Assembly: GCA_944380295.1 (NCBI GenBank)
Contig: CALWHE010000001.1
Coordinates: 1,172-65,171, forward strand
Direction of reading: 5' to 3'
Length of the DNA stretch: 64,000 nt
Source of the DNA: an uncultured Christensenellaceae bacterium
GTDB taxonomy: Bacteria > Bacillota > Clostridia > Christensenellales > UBA3700
Shown: positions 17,516 through 25,783 of the stretch, piece after piece
Layout: every line of letters begins with the position of its first letter
Position numbering within the stretch: the first letter of the stretch is position 1
Notes under the pieces: model-generated
What the model was told of the DNA's origin: nothing
Databases searched by the model: none
What the model saw: only the letters and a program-made list of their open reading frames with translations
Made by a program: the position numbers and the translations under genes

Positions 17516-18240
17516 GCTGAAAGACAACCCCGGCATTCGCAATCGATATTATCATTCCAACATACTTTTATTCAGGGTGCAGCACCGCACTGCTCCGCCT
17601 CTTTGCCGTGAGATCGATTGCTTGAGCCGCGGTTTTCTCTCTTTTTGCGGGCGGCGTAATCTCGTATCGCACTTGGTCTTACCGCAAAAATTCACTCTTT
17701 CCGCCGCCGCGGGCGCGGCGCGCAAGGCAGCCGCCTTGCCCAAGGTGCGCTCACCGAAAAGCGCGGTTTTCGGTGGCGGGATATTTGATAAGCGAAAGAC
17801 AACCCCGGCATTCGCAATCGACATATCATTCCAACATACTTTTACTTGGTGTGCAGCGTTAAGCTGCCTCAGCCACTCTGCCATGAAATCGATTGCTTGA
17901 GCCGTGGTTTTCTCTCTTTTTGCGGAACGGAATAACGCTGTTGTGCGGAGAGATATGTATATTAAAGAATACGCTCTTGCAGGGGAATAAGACAGCGTGG
18001 TCACCACGCCACTCTTTCCGCCCTCATTCGCTTCACAAGTTCCGCTCATTCGGAAAATGCGCACGGCGCATTTTAGAGGTGACGCTTGGCAAAAGTGTGA
18101 TTTTGCCGCGCTTTATTACACTTTATCAGGGTGCAGCGTTACGCTGCCGTTCCGCGCTCCGGGTGCAGCGCTATACTTTGATAGCGCCGCAGGCAACCGC
18201 CACGTTTGCGATGCGCCGCTTTGCGGCAGTATGAGCGGAC

Positions 18241-18434
18241 ATTTCACGTGCCCTCTCGTCGCTTGCGGATTGAGGGCACATTTCACGTTTTTGACAACGA
18301 GTTGGCAAAAACATTTCACTTTTGCGCAGCAGATATACATTCGCTTACCGCTCATTTATATCTGCGCAAAAATTTCACGTCCGGAGCGGCGGCGGATCTG
18401 CTTGGAATAATTGTTATTCCGCCGCCGCGCAGGA
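18241..18434 (+). repeat. core unit C3 (ATTTCAC dialect)
   Basis: Four linkers. h4 allele GGCGGCGGA/TCCGCCGCC. Confidence 0.9.
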
Positions 18435-18440
18435 TATCAC

Positions 18441-18469
18441 TTGACATTCCCCCCGCTCTGTATTATCAT
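18441..18469 (+). promoter_or_regulatory. candidate ruvAB-queA promoter giving a leaderless or near-leaderless mRNA
   Basis: TTGACA, 17 nt, TATCAT. The ATG at 18477 lies 7 nt after the -10 and has no SD. Confidence 0.5.
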
Positions 18470-18476
18470 AATATAT

Positions 18477-19073
18477 ATGTATTCTTACATAACGGGAACG
18501 CTTGCCGGCATGGAAGAGGGCAAGGTGATATTGGACAACAACGGGATAGGTTACGAGCTGAACGTATCCTCGTTCACCTTGTCGCGCGTCGGAGCATTGG
18601 GGAGCAGGGTGAAAATCTTCACGCACCTGGGCGTGACGGACGACGCCATGCGGCTTTACGGCTTTGCCACGGAAGAAGAGCGCGCCATGTTTTTGAAGCT
18701 GATCACGGTTTCCGGCATCGGACCCAAGGTGGCTTTGCAGATACTCTCGGGCATGGACGTGCGCACGCTGGCGCTTGCCATTGTCAATTCTGACGCCAAG
18801 GCGCTGGCGCGCATCAAGGGCATAGGCAAAAAAACCGCCGAACGCGTTATTCTGGAACTGCGCGAGCGGGTGGAGGAAGAGGCGGTAGACAGCGGTTCGC
18901 TCGCCGGCGTATCGGGGGCAAGTCCGATGGGTCAGGAAGCGGCGGCGGTGCTGGTTTCTCTGGGACTTTCGCGCACAGACGCGGTAAAAGCGGTGAACAA
19001 CGTGCTCTCCGGCGGCAAAGCCAAAACGCTGGAAGAGGTGATAACCTTGGCGCTTAGGAGTGTGGACAAATAA
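18477..19073 (+). CDS. ruvA: Holliday junction DNA helicase subunit RuvA
   Basis: Start moved to ATG 18477. [10 protein letters not shown]-terminus and GIGPKVAL / [10 protein letters not shown] helix-hairpin-helix motifs. Confidence 0.88.
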   Translation: MYSYITGTLAGMEEGKVILDNNGIGYELNVSSFTLSRVGALGSRVKIFTHLGVTDDAMRLYGFATEEERAMFLKLITVSGIGPKVALQILSGMDVRTLALAIVNSDAKALARIKGIGKKTAERVILELRERVEEEAVDSGSLAGVSGASPMGQEAAAVLVSLGLSRTDAVKAVNNVLSGGKAKTLEEVITLALRSVDK

Positions 19074-20140
19074 TGGACTTTATGCCCGAAGACGAAGAGC
19101 GGTTTTTATCTTCATACAATATCGAACGCGAAGGGGACAACGACGTATCGCTGCGCCCCAAGACCATGTCCGATTATGTGGGGCAGGAAAAGATCAAGCG
19201 CAATCTGGAAGTTTATATCCAAGCCGCCAAGGCGCGCGGCGAGGCGCTCGACCATGTGCTGCTTTACGGACCTCCCGGCTTGGGCAAGACCACGCTGGCG
19301 CACATCATTGCGGGGGAGATGAACTCGCAGATCCGCATAACTTCCGGGCCCGCCATAGAAAAAGCGGCGGATCTTGCCGCCATTCTCACCAATTTGGAAC
19401 AGGGCGACGTGCTGTTTATCGACGAGATACACCGCCTTAACCGCGCGGTGGAAGAGATACTTTATCCCGCCATGGAAGATTTTGCTTTGGACTTTATGGT
19501 GGGCAAGGGACCTTCGGCAAAGAGCATACGTCTGCCGCTCAACCGTTTTACGCTCATCGGCGCCACCACCAAGGCGGGTATGCTCACCTCTCCGCTGCGC
19601 GACAGATTCGGCGTAAATTGCCGTTTGGAGCTTTACACGCCGCAGGAACTGGGCGTGATCGTGCGCCGTTCGGCGGGCATTTTGGGCGTGGAGATCACAG
19701 ACGGCGGCGCGCAGGAGATAGCCTCGCGTTCGCGCGGCACGCCCCGCATAGCCAACCGTATCTTAAAGCGCGTGCGCGACTGGGCGCAGGTGCGCGGCAG
19801 TGGGGTGGTGGATCAAAAAGCGGCGGATGAAGCGCTTGCCGGCATGGAGATAGACAAGCGCGGCTTGGACAATATAGACAGGCTCATCCTCACCACCATG
19901 ATAGACAAATTCGGCGGCGGCCCGGTGGGTCTGGATACGCTGGCGGCGGCGGTGGGGGAAGACTCCGGCACCATAGAAGACGTATACGAGCCTTATCTCA
20001 TGCAGATCACGTTCATCGCGCGCACGCCGCGCGGCAGGATCTGCCTGCCGGACGCTTACAAGCACGTGGGCAGGAAATATTACGGTGCGCCCGGCGGACA
20101 GATGAGCATGTTCGACGCGGGCGGAGGGGAAGATGCTTAA
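19073..20140 (+). CDS. ruvB: Holliday junction DNA helicase RuvB
   Basis: Walker [12 protein letters not shown], Walker B LFIDEIHR. 355 aa. ATG overlaps the ruvA stop. Confidence 0.93.
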   Translation: MDFMPEDEERFLSSYNIEREGDNDVSLRPKTMSDYVGQEKIKRNLEVYIQAAKARGEALDHVLLYGPPGLGKTTLAHIIAGEMNSQIRITSGPAIEKAADLAAILTNLEQGDVLFIDEIHRLNRAVEEILYPAMEDFALDFMVGKGPSAKSIRLPLNRFTLIGATTKAGMLTSPLRDRFGVNCRLELYTPQELGVIVRRSAGILGVEITDGGAQEIASRSRGTPRIANRILKRVRDWAQVRGSGVVDQKAADEALAGMEIDKRGLDNIDRLILTTMIDKFGGGPVGLDTLAAAVGEDSGTIEDVYEPYLMQITFIARTPRGRICLPDAYKHVGRKYYGAPGGQMSMFDAGGGEDA

Positions 20141-21188
20141 AACTTCCGATTTTGATTATTATCTTCCTCCCGAACTCATCGCGCAGCACCCCTTGGAGCG
20201 GCGCGATTCTTCACGCCTTGCCGTTTTTCATAAAGACAGCGGAAAGATAGAGCACCGCGTTTTTTCCGACGTGGCGGAATATCTGCGCGCCGGGGACGTG
20301 CTGGTGCTCAACGATACGCGCGTGATACCCGCGCGCCTTTTGGGCGTGCGCATATCTTCCGCCGTGCCGCTCGAAAAGGCGCCCGAACACGAAAAAAATT
20401 GCGAAGCGCTGCTCTTAAAGCGGCTTTCGCTCACGCAGTGGGAATGCCTTGTGCGCCCGGGCAGAAAGCTGCTCACGGGTGCGCAGGTGTGGTTTTCGCC
20501 CCGCCTCAGCGCGCGCGTGCAAGAGGTGCGCGAAGAGGGCGTGAGGGTGCTGGAATTTGCGTGCGACGGCGTGTTCGAAGAGGTGCTTGAAGAGGTGGGA
20601 AGCATGCCGCTTCCGCCTTATATCACAGAAAAATTGCAGGATAACAGCCGTTATAACACCGTTTACGCGCAGGTGAACGGCTCTGCCGCCGCACCCACGG
20701 CGGGACTGCACTTCACACCGGAGCTGCTGCAAAAGCTGAAAGACAAGGGCGTGGCGATCGCGCCCGTGCTGCTGCACGTGGGCTTGGGCACTTTCCGTCC
20801 CGTCAAAGAAGAGGACGCGTCCAAACACAAAATGCACAGCGAATATTACGAGATCTCCGAGCAGAGCGCGCAAATCATCAACGCCGCGCGCAAAAACGGC
20901 GGCAGGGTGGTGTGCGTGGGCACCACGTCCGTGCGCACTCTGGAAAGCGCCGCCGCAGAAGACGGCACGCTCAGCGCCTGCCGCGGCAGCACGCAGATCT
21001 TTATCTATCCCGGCTATAAGTTCAAGTGCACAGACGCGCTCATCACCAACTTCCACCTGCCCAAATCGACCCTAATAATGCTCGTTTCCGCTTTTATCGG
21101 CAGAGAAAACACTTTGCGGCTTTATAACGAGGCGGTGAAGGAGAGGTATAGGTTTTTTTCGTTTGGGGATTCGACTCTTCTTATATAA
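20133..21188 (+). CDS. queA: S-adenosylmethionine:tRNA ribosyltransferase-isomerase
   Basis: [21 protein letters not shown]-terminus and C-terminal FSFGD motif typical of QueA. Confidence 0.92.
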   Translation: MLKTSDFDYYLPPELIAQHPLERRDSSRLAVFHKDSGKIEHRVFSDVAEYLRAGDVLVLNDTRVIPARLLGVRISSAVPLEKAPEHEKNCEALLLKRLSLTQWECLVRPGRKLLTGAQVWFSPRLSARVQEVREEGVRVLEFACDGVFEEVLEEVGSMPLPPYITEKLQDNSRYNTVYAQVNGSAAAPTAGLHFTPELLQKLKDKGVAIAPVLLHVGLGTFRPVKEEDASKHKMHSEYYEISEQSAQIINAARKNGGRVVCVGTTSVRTLESAAAEDGTLSACRGSTQIFIYPGYKFKCTDALITNFHLPKSTLIMLVSAFIGRENTLRLYNEAVKERYRFFSFGDSTLLI

Positions 21189-21253
21189 GCGAAAGAGAAA
21201 AAGGATAAGGCGGGTCCCGTTTTCAACGGGATCTGCCTTTTCCTCTTTCGCTT
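21187..21253 (+). repeat. module T (covarying copy starting in the queA stop codon)
   Basis: AAGCGAAAGAGAAAAAGG...CCTTTTCCTCTTTCGCTT. Confidence 0.9.
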
Positions 21254-21862
21254 GCTGAAAGACAACCCCGGCATTGGAGATAGGCGCCGAGTGAAAGTGC
21301 CGTGCGATAAAGCATTTTAATGTTCTAACGATATCGGCGCACAGCACTTTGCGCCTACGTGTGAGGGGCAAACCCGACACGCTCCGCTGCGGTTTTCCCC
21401 TCGTTTTGCGGCGAGATATAGGAAAGCGTGCAAGCCTTAGCCGCAAAACTTCACCCCTTTCCGCCGCCGCGGGAGCGGCGCGCAAGGCAGTCGCCTTGCC
21501 CAAGGTGCGCTCACCGAAAAGCGCGGTTTTCGGTGGCGGGAAGTTGCACTTTTAGTTTGGGGTGCAGCGGCACGCTGCCGCTCCACAAGTTCCGCTCAAT
21601 CGGAAAATGCGCACGGCGCATTTTAGAGGTGTGCTCACCGAAAAGCGCGGTTTTCGGTGGCAGGATATTACAACATGTTTTTCAGTTTTTGGCAAGGGCG
21701 TTCTGTCCACTAAAGTGGACACTTCAAAAGGAGAGCAAAGGTATTGTCTGTTTATTAGATTTGTCCACTTTTGTGGACAGCTGTTTTTGTGGATAGCGGT
21801 ATATTCCAATAGCGCCGCAGGCAGCCGCCACGCACGACGAGCGCGGAGCTGTATCGTCGTGC

Positions 21863-22051
21863 ATTTCACGTGCCCTCTCGTCGCTTGCGGTTTGAGGGCA
21901 CATTTCACGTTTTTGCCTTGCAAGGCAAAAACATTTCACTTTTGCGCGGAAGTTATGCTCGCTGGGCGCTCACATATATCCGCGCAAAAATTTCACGTCC
22001 GTAGCGGCACGGCGCACTTTCATTTATAGATTTTGCCGTGCCGAGCAGGAC
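21863..22051 (+). repeat. core unit C4 (ATTTCAC dialect)
   Basis: Four linkers. h4 allele GGCACGGC/GCCGTGCC. Confidence 0.9.
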
Positions 22052-22196
22052 ATAAAGGGGTGGAGCGCCCCGCGCTCCCGTCACGCTGCCGATTTTGTGG
22101 ACAGCTGTTTTTGTGGATAGCGGTATATTTCAATAGCGCCGCAGGCAGCCGCCACGTCTGCGATGCGCCGTGCTGTGCGCGGCAGTATGAGCGGAC

Positions 22197-22389
22197 ATTT
22201 CACGTGCCCTCTCGTCGCTTTGCGGTTTGAGGGCACATTTCACGTTTTTGCCAATGTGTTGGCAAAAACATTTCACTTTTGCGCAGCAGTATACGTTCGC
22301 TTACCGCTCACTTGTATCTGCGCAAAAATTTCACGTCCGGAGCGGCACGGCACTCTCTCGCTTATAGATTTTGCCGTGCCGCGCAGGAC
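22197..22389 (+). repeat. core unit C5 (ATTTCAC dialect), representative copy
   Basis: Linkers at 22197, 22237, 22270 and 22328. Hairpins h1 22204-22236, h2 22244-22269, h3 22277-22327, h4 22335-22389. Confidence 0.9.
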
Positions 22390-22396
22390 ATTTTTC

Positions 22397-22425
22397 TTTA
22401 CTTTTTCCGCATTTTCCGTTAGAAT
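22397..22425 (+). promoter_or_regulatory. candidate tgt promoter, near-leaderless
   Basis: TTTACT, 17 nt, TAGAAT. The ATG at 22435 lies 9 nt after the -10 and has no SD. Confidence 0.4.
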
Positions 22426-22434
22426 GATATCGTT

Positions 22435-23553
22435 ATGTTCAAGTATGAAGTTTTACACGTATGCAAGCAAAGCGGCGCGCGCGTGGGCAGGCTGACCACG
22501 CCGCACGGTGAGATTATCACGCCGGTATACATGCCCGTGGGCACCAATGCGGGCGTAAAAGGGCTGACTCCGGAGCAGGTGGAGCAGGCGGGCGCGCAGA
22601 TCGTGCTTGCCAACACATATCATCTTTATCTGCGCCCGGGCAGCGGGATCGTGGAGCGTGCGGGCGGCTTGCACAAGTTCATGAATTGGAATAAGCCCAT
22701 TTTGACGGACAGCGGCGGTTTTCAGGTGTTTTCTCTCTCGTCCATGCGCAAGGTGACGGACGAGGGGGTGAAGTTTTCTTCGTATTACGACGGTTCGGCG
22801 CACTATCTCACGCCGGAAGACGCCATCAAGATAGAAGAGCAGTTGGGCGCGGACATCGTGATGGCGTTTGACGAGTGCACAGCCGCGGGCACGAATTACC
22901 GCAAATCGGCGGCGGCGATGCAGCGCACTCTGCAATGGCTGGAACGCTGCAAAAATGCGCACAAGCGGGAAGATCAGATGCTTTTCCCCATCGTGCAGGG
23001 CAATCTTTTTGAGGATCTGCGCCTGGAAAGCGTGAAAGCCACCGCGCCTTACGCGCGCTGCGGCATGGCGATAGGCGGGCTGTCCGTGGGAGAGCCGAAA
23101 GAGGTCATGTATAAAATGCTGGACGTGATGCGCCCTTATTATCCGCAGGACCAGCCCATATATCTGATGGGCGTGGGTTCGCCCGACTGCATAGTGGAAG
23201 GGGTGCTGCGCGGCGTGGACATGTTCGACTGCGTGCTGGCAACGCGCATGGCGCGCAACGGCGCGGCGTTCACGCGCAGGGGCAACATCACGGTGCGCAA
23301 CGGCAAATACAAGGAGGACTTTGCGCCGGTGGAAGAGGGGTGCGACTGTTATTGCTGCCGCAATTATTCGCGCGCCTATGTGCGGCATATGCTCAACGTG
23401 GGGGAGATAGGCGGCGGACAGCTCTTGTCCGTGCACAATATCCGCCACCTCACGCGGCTGACGGAAGAGATAAGGCAGGCGATATGGGAAGACAGGTTCG
23501 GCGACTTTGTGCGCGACTTCCGCGCCGGTTACGATTGGAGCGTAAAAGGCTGA
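22435..23553 (+). CDS. tgt: queuine tRNA-ribosyltransferase
   Basis: 372 aa. TDSGGFQV and zinc site CDCYCC...H typical of Tgt. Confidence 0.93.
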   Translation: MFKYEVLHVCKQSGARVGRLTTPHGEIITPVYMPVGTNAGVKGLTPEQVEQAGAQIVLANTYHLYLRPGSGIVERAGGLHKFMNWNKPILTDSGGFQVFSLSSMRKVTDEGVKFSSYYDGSAHYLTPEDAIKIEEQLGADIVMAFDECTAAGTNYRKSAAAMQRTLQWLERCKNAHKREDQMLFPIVQGNLFEDLRLESVKATAPYARCGMAIGGLSVGEPKEVMYKMLDVMRPYYPQDQPIYLMGVGSPDCIVEGVLRGVDMFDCVLATRMARNGAAFTRRGNITVRNGKYKEDFAPVEEGCDCYCCRNYSRAYVRHMLNVGEIGGGQLLSVHNIRHLTRLTEEIRQAIWEDRFGDFVRDFRAGYDWSVKG

Positions 23554-23702
23554 GCGGGCGCGGATAATCGGCAAAAAGCGCGGATAGTGTATATAAAATG
23601 TAAGTCAATTTTACATTGCCGCGGAAAAAACAGTTGCAATTTACGCTTAAATACTATATCATAGGGATATAATTGCGTTATAGCGCAAAACAGGAGACAT
23701 TT

Positions 23703-24383
23703 ATGAAGAAAAAACTTTTGACGGCGCTTGCCGTGCTGGGCACTCTCGTCACGATGGTGGCGCTGCTTGCCGGCTGTGCGGGCACTACCGAGGAAAAAAA
23801 TGAAAACAGCTGGGTGATGTTGGTGATCCTCGGCGTGATGGTGGTGTTCTTTGTGCTGATGTCCATTATCCCCAACCGGAAGAGGCAGAAAAAAGCCCAG
23901 GAGATGATGAACAGCATTCGTGTGGGCAGCAAGATCAAGACCATCGGCGGCTTTATCGGCGAGATCAAAGCCATCAATAACGACCGCAACGAATTTGTGG
24001 TGGACATTTCCGCCAACGGCGACAGCAGCATGCTGGTCACCATAGACAGGGCGGCGGTTTATACCGTGCTCAATCCCGCCACTCCCGCGCCCGAGACCGT
24101 TTCTGCGGCAGACGATCTGCAACAGGACATAAAGGCGGAGGAAAAAGCGGAAGAAAAAGCCGAAGAAAAGGCGGAGAAAAAGAAGAAGCGCGGCAAAAAG
24201 CACAGGGAAGAGGGCGTGGACATAGACTCTCTGCCCGCCGACGACGCCGAAGCGGAACGCTCCAGACGGCAGAAGAGGGAAGAAAAGGAGATCTTCGAAC
24301 TCTCTTCCGACGCGCAAGAGGCGGAAACCGCTGCGGAAGCCAAGCCGGAAAACGACAAGCAGGACGAAAATCCCGATATGTGA
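23703..24383 (+). CDS. yajC: preprotein translocase subunit YajC with lipoprotein-like signal and long acidic/lysine-rich tail
   Basis: Start moved to ATG 23703 behind CAGGAG. Core VFFVLMSIIPNRKRQKKAQEMMNSIRVGSKIKTIGGFIGEI is YajC. About 110 aa of EKAEEK-type tail follows. Confidence 0.8.
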   Translation: MKKKLLTALAVLGTLVTMVALLAGCAGTTEEKNENSWVMLVILGVMVVFFVLMSIIPNRKRQKKAQEMMNSIRVGSKIKTIGGFIGEIKAINNDRNEFVVDISANGDSSMLVTIDRAAVYTVLNPATPAPETVSAADDLQQDIKAEEKAEEKAEEKAEKKKKRGKKHREEGVDIDSLPADDAEAERSRRQKREEKEIFELSSDAQEAETAAEAKPENDKQDENPDM

Positions 24384-24405
24384 CAACAAACGAATTTATT
24401 CGGCA

Positions 24406-24430
24406 AAAGCGGCCTTCGGGTCGCTTTTTT
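24406..24430 (+). terminator. rho-independent terminator after yajC
   Basis: AAAGCGGCC-TTCG-GGTCGCTTT followed by a T-run. Confidence 0.6.
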
Positions 24431-24524
24431 GCTGCCCTGAGGCGTTCGGACAAGGCATATCCCGCTTTTGCGGCGCATATCTTAATAGCGCAAGGCGGCA
24501 GGCGCCGCCAAAGGAGGACAGGCT

Positions 24525-24893
24525 ATGACCAAAATAGCAAAAACGGATATATTCGACTTGCTGCGCGCGCTGCTGATCGCGCTGCTCTTTTCCGTGGCGG
24601 GAGTGATAGTGCTCGCCGTGATCGCCAAATTCGCCGATCTGAGCGCGGGCGTGGTGGGCGGCGTCAATATCGCCGTCAGAATGCTGGCGCTGCTCACGGG
24701 CGTTTTGCTGGGCGTAAAGGGCGGACGCGCCGCGATCAAGGGCGTGCTGACGGGACTTTTGTTCGCGCTGTGCACTTATTTTATCTCCGTCATCGTGGCG
24801 GGCGGCTTTTCCGCCTCTTCCATGACCGTGTTCGACGCGCTCGCCTGCGCGCTAGCCGGGCTTATCAGCGGCGGGATAAAGGCGATGGCGTAG
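24525..24893 (+). CDS. small four-helix membrane protein (TIGR04086-like, the type usually found beside SCIFF loci)
   Basis: 122 aa, Gly/Ala/Leu-rich hydrophobic helices, SD AAAGGAGGA. Family call is from memory of the yajC-TIGR04086-scfA-scfB context. Confidence 0.6.
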   Translation: MTKIAKTDIFDLLRALLIALLFSVAGVIVLAVIAKFADLSAGVVGGVNIAVRMLALLTGVLLGVKGGRAAIKGVLTGLLFALCTYFISVIVAGGFSASSMTVFDALACALAGLISGGIKAMA

Positions 24894-25199
24894 CGTGACG
24901 CTGCACTCTGATATGCTCTGAAATTGCAAAAAAATAGCAACGCATCATAACGCTTCGCACAAATAATATGTATTGACATGCGGACGTTTCACGTGCCTTT
25001 TCCGTGAGTGCGTAAGCGTTTTGCATTGCGGTCACATATATCGGGGTGGAGCGCCCTGCGCTCCCCGCCACGCACGACGAGCGCGGAGCTGTATCGTCTT
25101 TCTGTCGCTCTTGCTATGTTTTGTAACATTCTATTTAATGTGCCCACAGCACCGCCACGTCCGCGATGCGCCGTGCCGTGCACGGCTGTATGAGCGGAC

Positions 25200-25389
25200 A
25201 TTTCACGTGCCCTCTCGTCGCTTGCGGTTTGAGGGCACATTTCACGTTTTTGCCTTGTGAGGCAAAAACATTTCACTTTTGCGCGGAAGTAATGTTCGCT
25301 AGCCGCTCACATATATCCGCGCAAAAATTTCACGTCCGGAGCCGCCGAACACACTTGCGCTTATTTGATTTTGTTCGGCGGCGCAGGAC
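25200..25389 (+). repeat. core unit C6 (ATTTCAC dialect)
   Basis: Four linkers. h4 allele CGCCGAACA/TGTTCGGCG. Confidence 0.9.
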
Positions 25390-25393
25390 ATAA

Positions 25394-25540
25394 AAGGGTG
25401 CCCAGAAGGGCGATGGATTTGCGTGTGATTTTGGACAAAGGTGCCGCAGGCAATACTCTTGCGGTATTGTCAAGGCGCATTTGTGCAAAAGCGCGCGTAA
25501 AGACGCACTCTCATGCGTGCCCGCATAGCGTCTGCCCGGC
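25394..25540 (+). repeat. module LH, copy with degenerate 5' arm
   Basis: Shares GATGGATTTGCGTG...GCAGGCAATACTCTTGCGGTATTGTCAAG...GTAAAGACGCACTCTC with the other copies. Confidence 0.8.
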
Positions 25541-25554
25541 AGAGAAAAAAATTC

Positions 25555-25583
25555 TTGCTTTTTTTCTTTATATCATTTATAAT
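25555..25583 (+). promoter_or_regulatory. candidate scfAB promoter
   Basis: TTGCTT, 17 nt, TATAAT. Confidence 0.5.
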
Positions 25584-25612
25584 AATGGCAGAAAACAATA
25601 GGGAGGTGCGTT

Positions 25613-25783
25613 ATGCATATCAATTCCATCGTTAAAAAGACCATTCGCAAAGAAGGCAAAATAGGTTGCGGCGAGTGCCAGTCCAGCTGCCAGTCCGCTT
25701 GCAAGACCAGTTGCACCGTGGGCAACCAGAGCTGCAAAAACAACGGCGAAAAGGTGAACGTCATCCGCAAGCCCCTCATCTGA
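25613..25783 (+). CDS. scfA: SCIFF (six-cysteines-in-forty-five) ranthipeptide precursor, 56 aa; absent from the ORF track
   Basis: MHINSIVKKTIRKEGKIGCGECQSSCQSACKTSCTVGNQSCKNNGEKVNVIRKPLI. SD GGGAGG 6 nt upstream. Conserved GCGECQ-SCQSACKTSCTV-NQ-C core. Confidence 0.85.
   Translation: MHINSIVKKTIRKEGKIGCGECQSSCQSACKTSCTVGNQSCKNNGEKVNVIRKPLI

Larger units (their letters stand above)
17449..18434. repeat. hairpin-mosaic island I2 (ruvC to ruvA)
   Basis: Module T overlaps the ruvC TAA. Internal 275-bp-period direct repeat (17517-17650 and 17792-17925). Core C3 at the right end. Confidence 0.9.
21187..22389. repeat. hairpin-mosaic island I3 (queA to tgt)
   Basis: Module T overlaps the queA TAA. 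Two tandem cores (C4, C5) at the right end. Confidence 0.9.
24890..25540. repeat. hairpin-mosaic island I4 (TIGR04086-like gene to scfA)
   Basis: A small GC hairpin overlaps the TAG stop. Core C6 is followed by an LH-like module. Confidence 0.9.

Noticed and set aside
22244-22269. GTTTTTGCC...GGCAAAAAC hairpins as integron attC sites.
   Set aside because: The ends do not fit the GTTRRRY / RYYYAAC core-site pattern. There is no intI or attI and no cassette ORFs.
22197-22389. The hairpin arrays as a CRISPR-like array.
   Set aside because: The constant part is only 7 nt. The variable parts are position-specific palindromes rather than unique spacers. There are four units per array and no cas genes.
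23585-23625. Inverted repeat ATGTAA-N7-TTACAT upstream of yajC as an operator.
   Set aside because: It is a single short AT-rich palindrome in an AT-rich promoter region. There is no second copy and no adjacent regulator gene.
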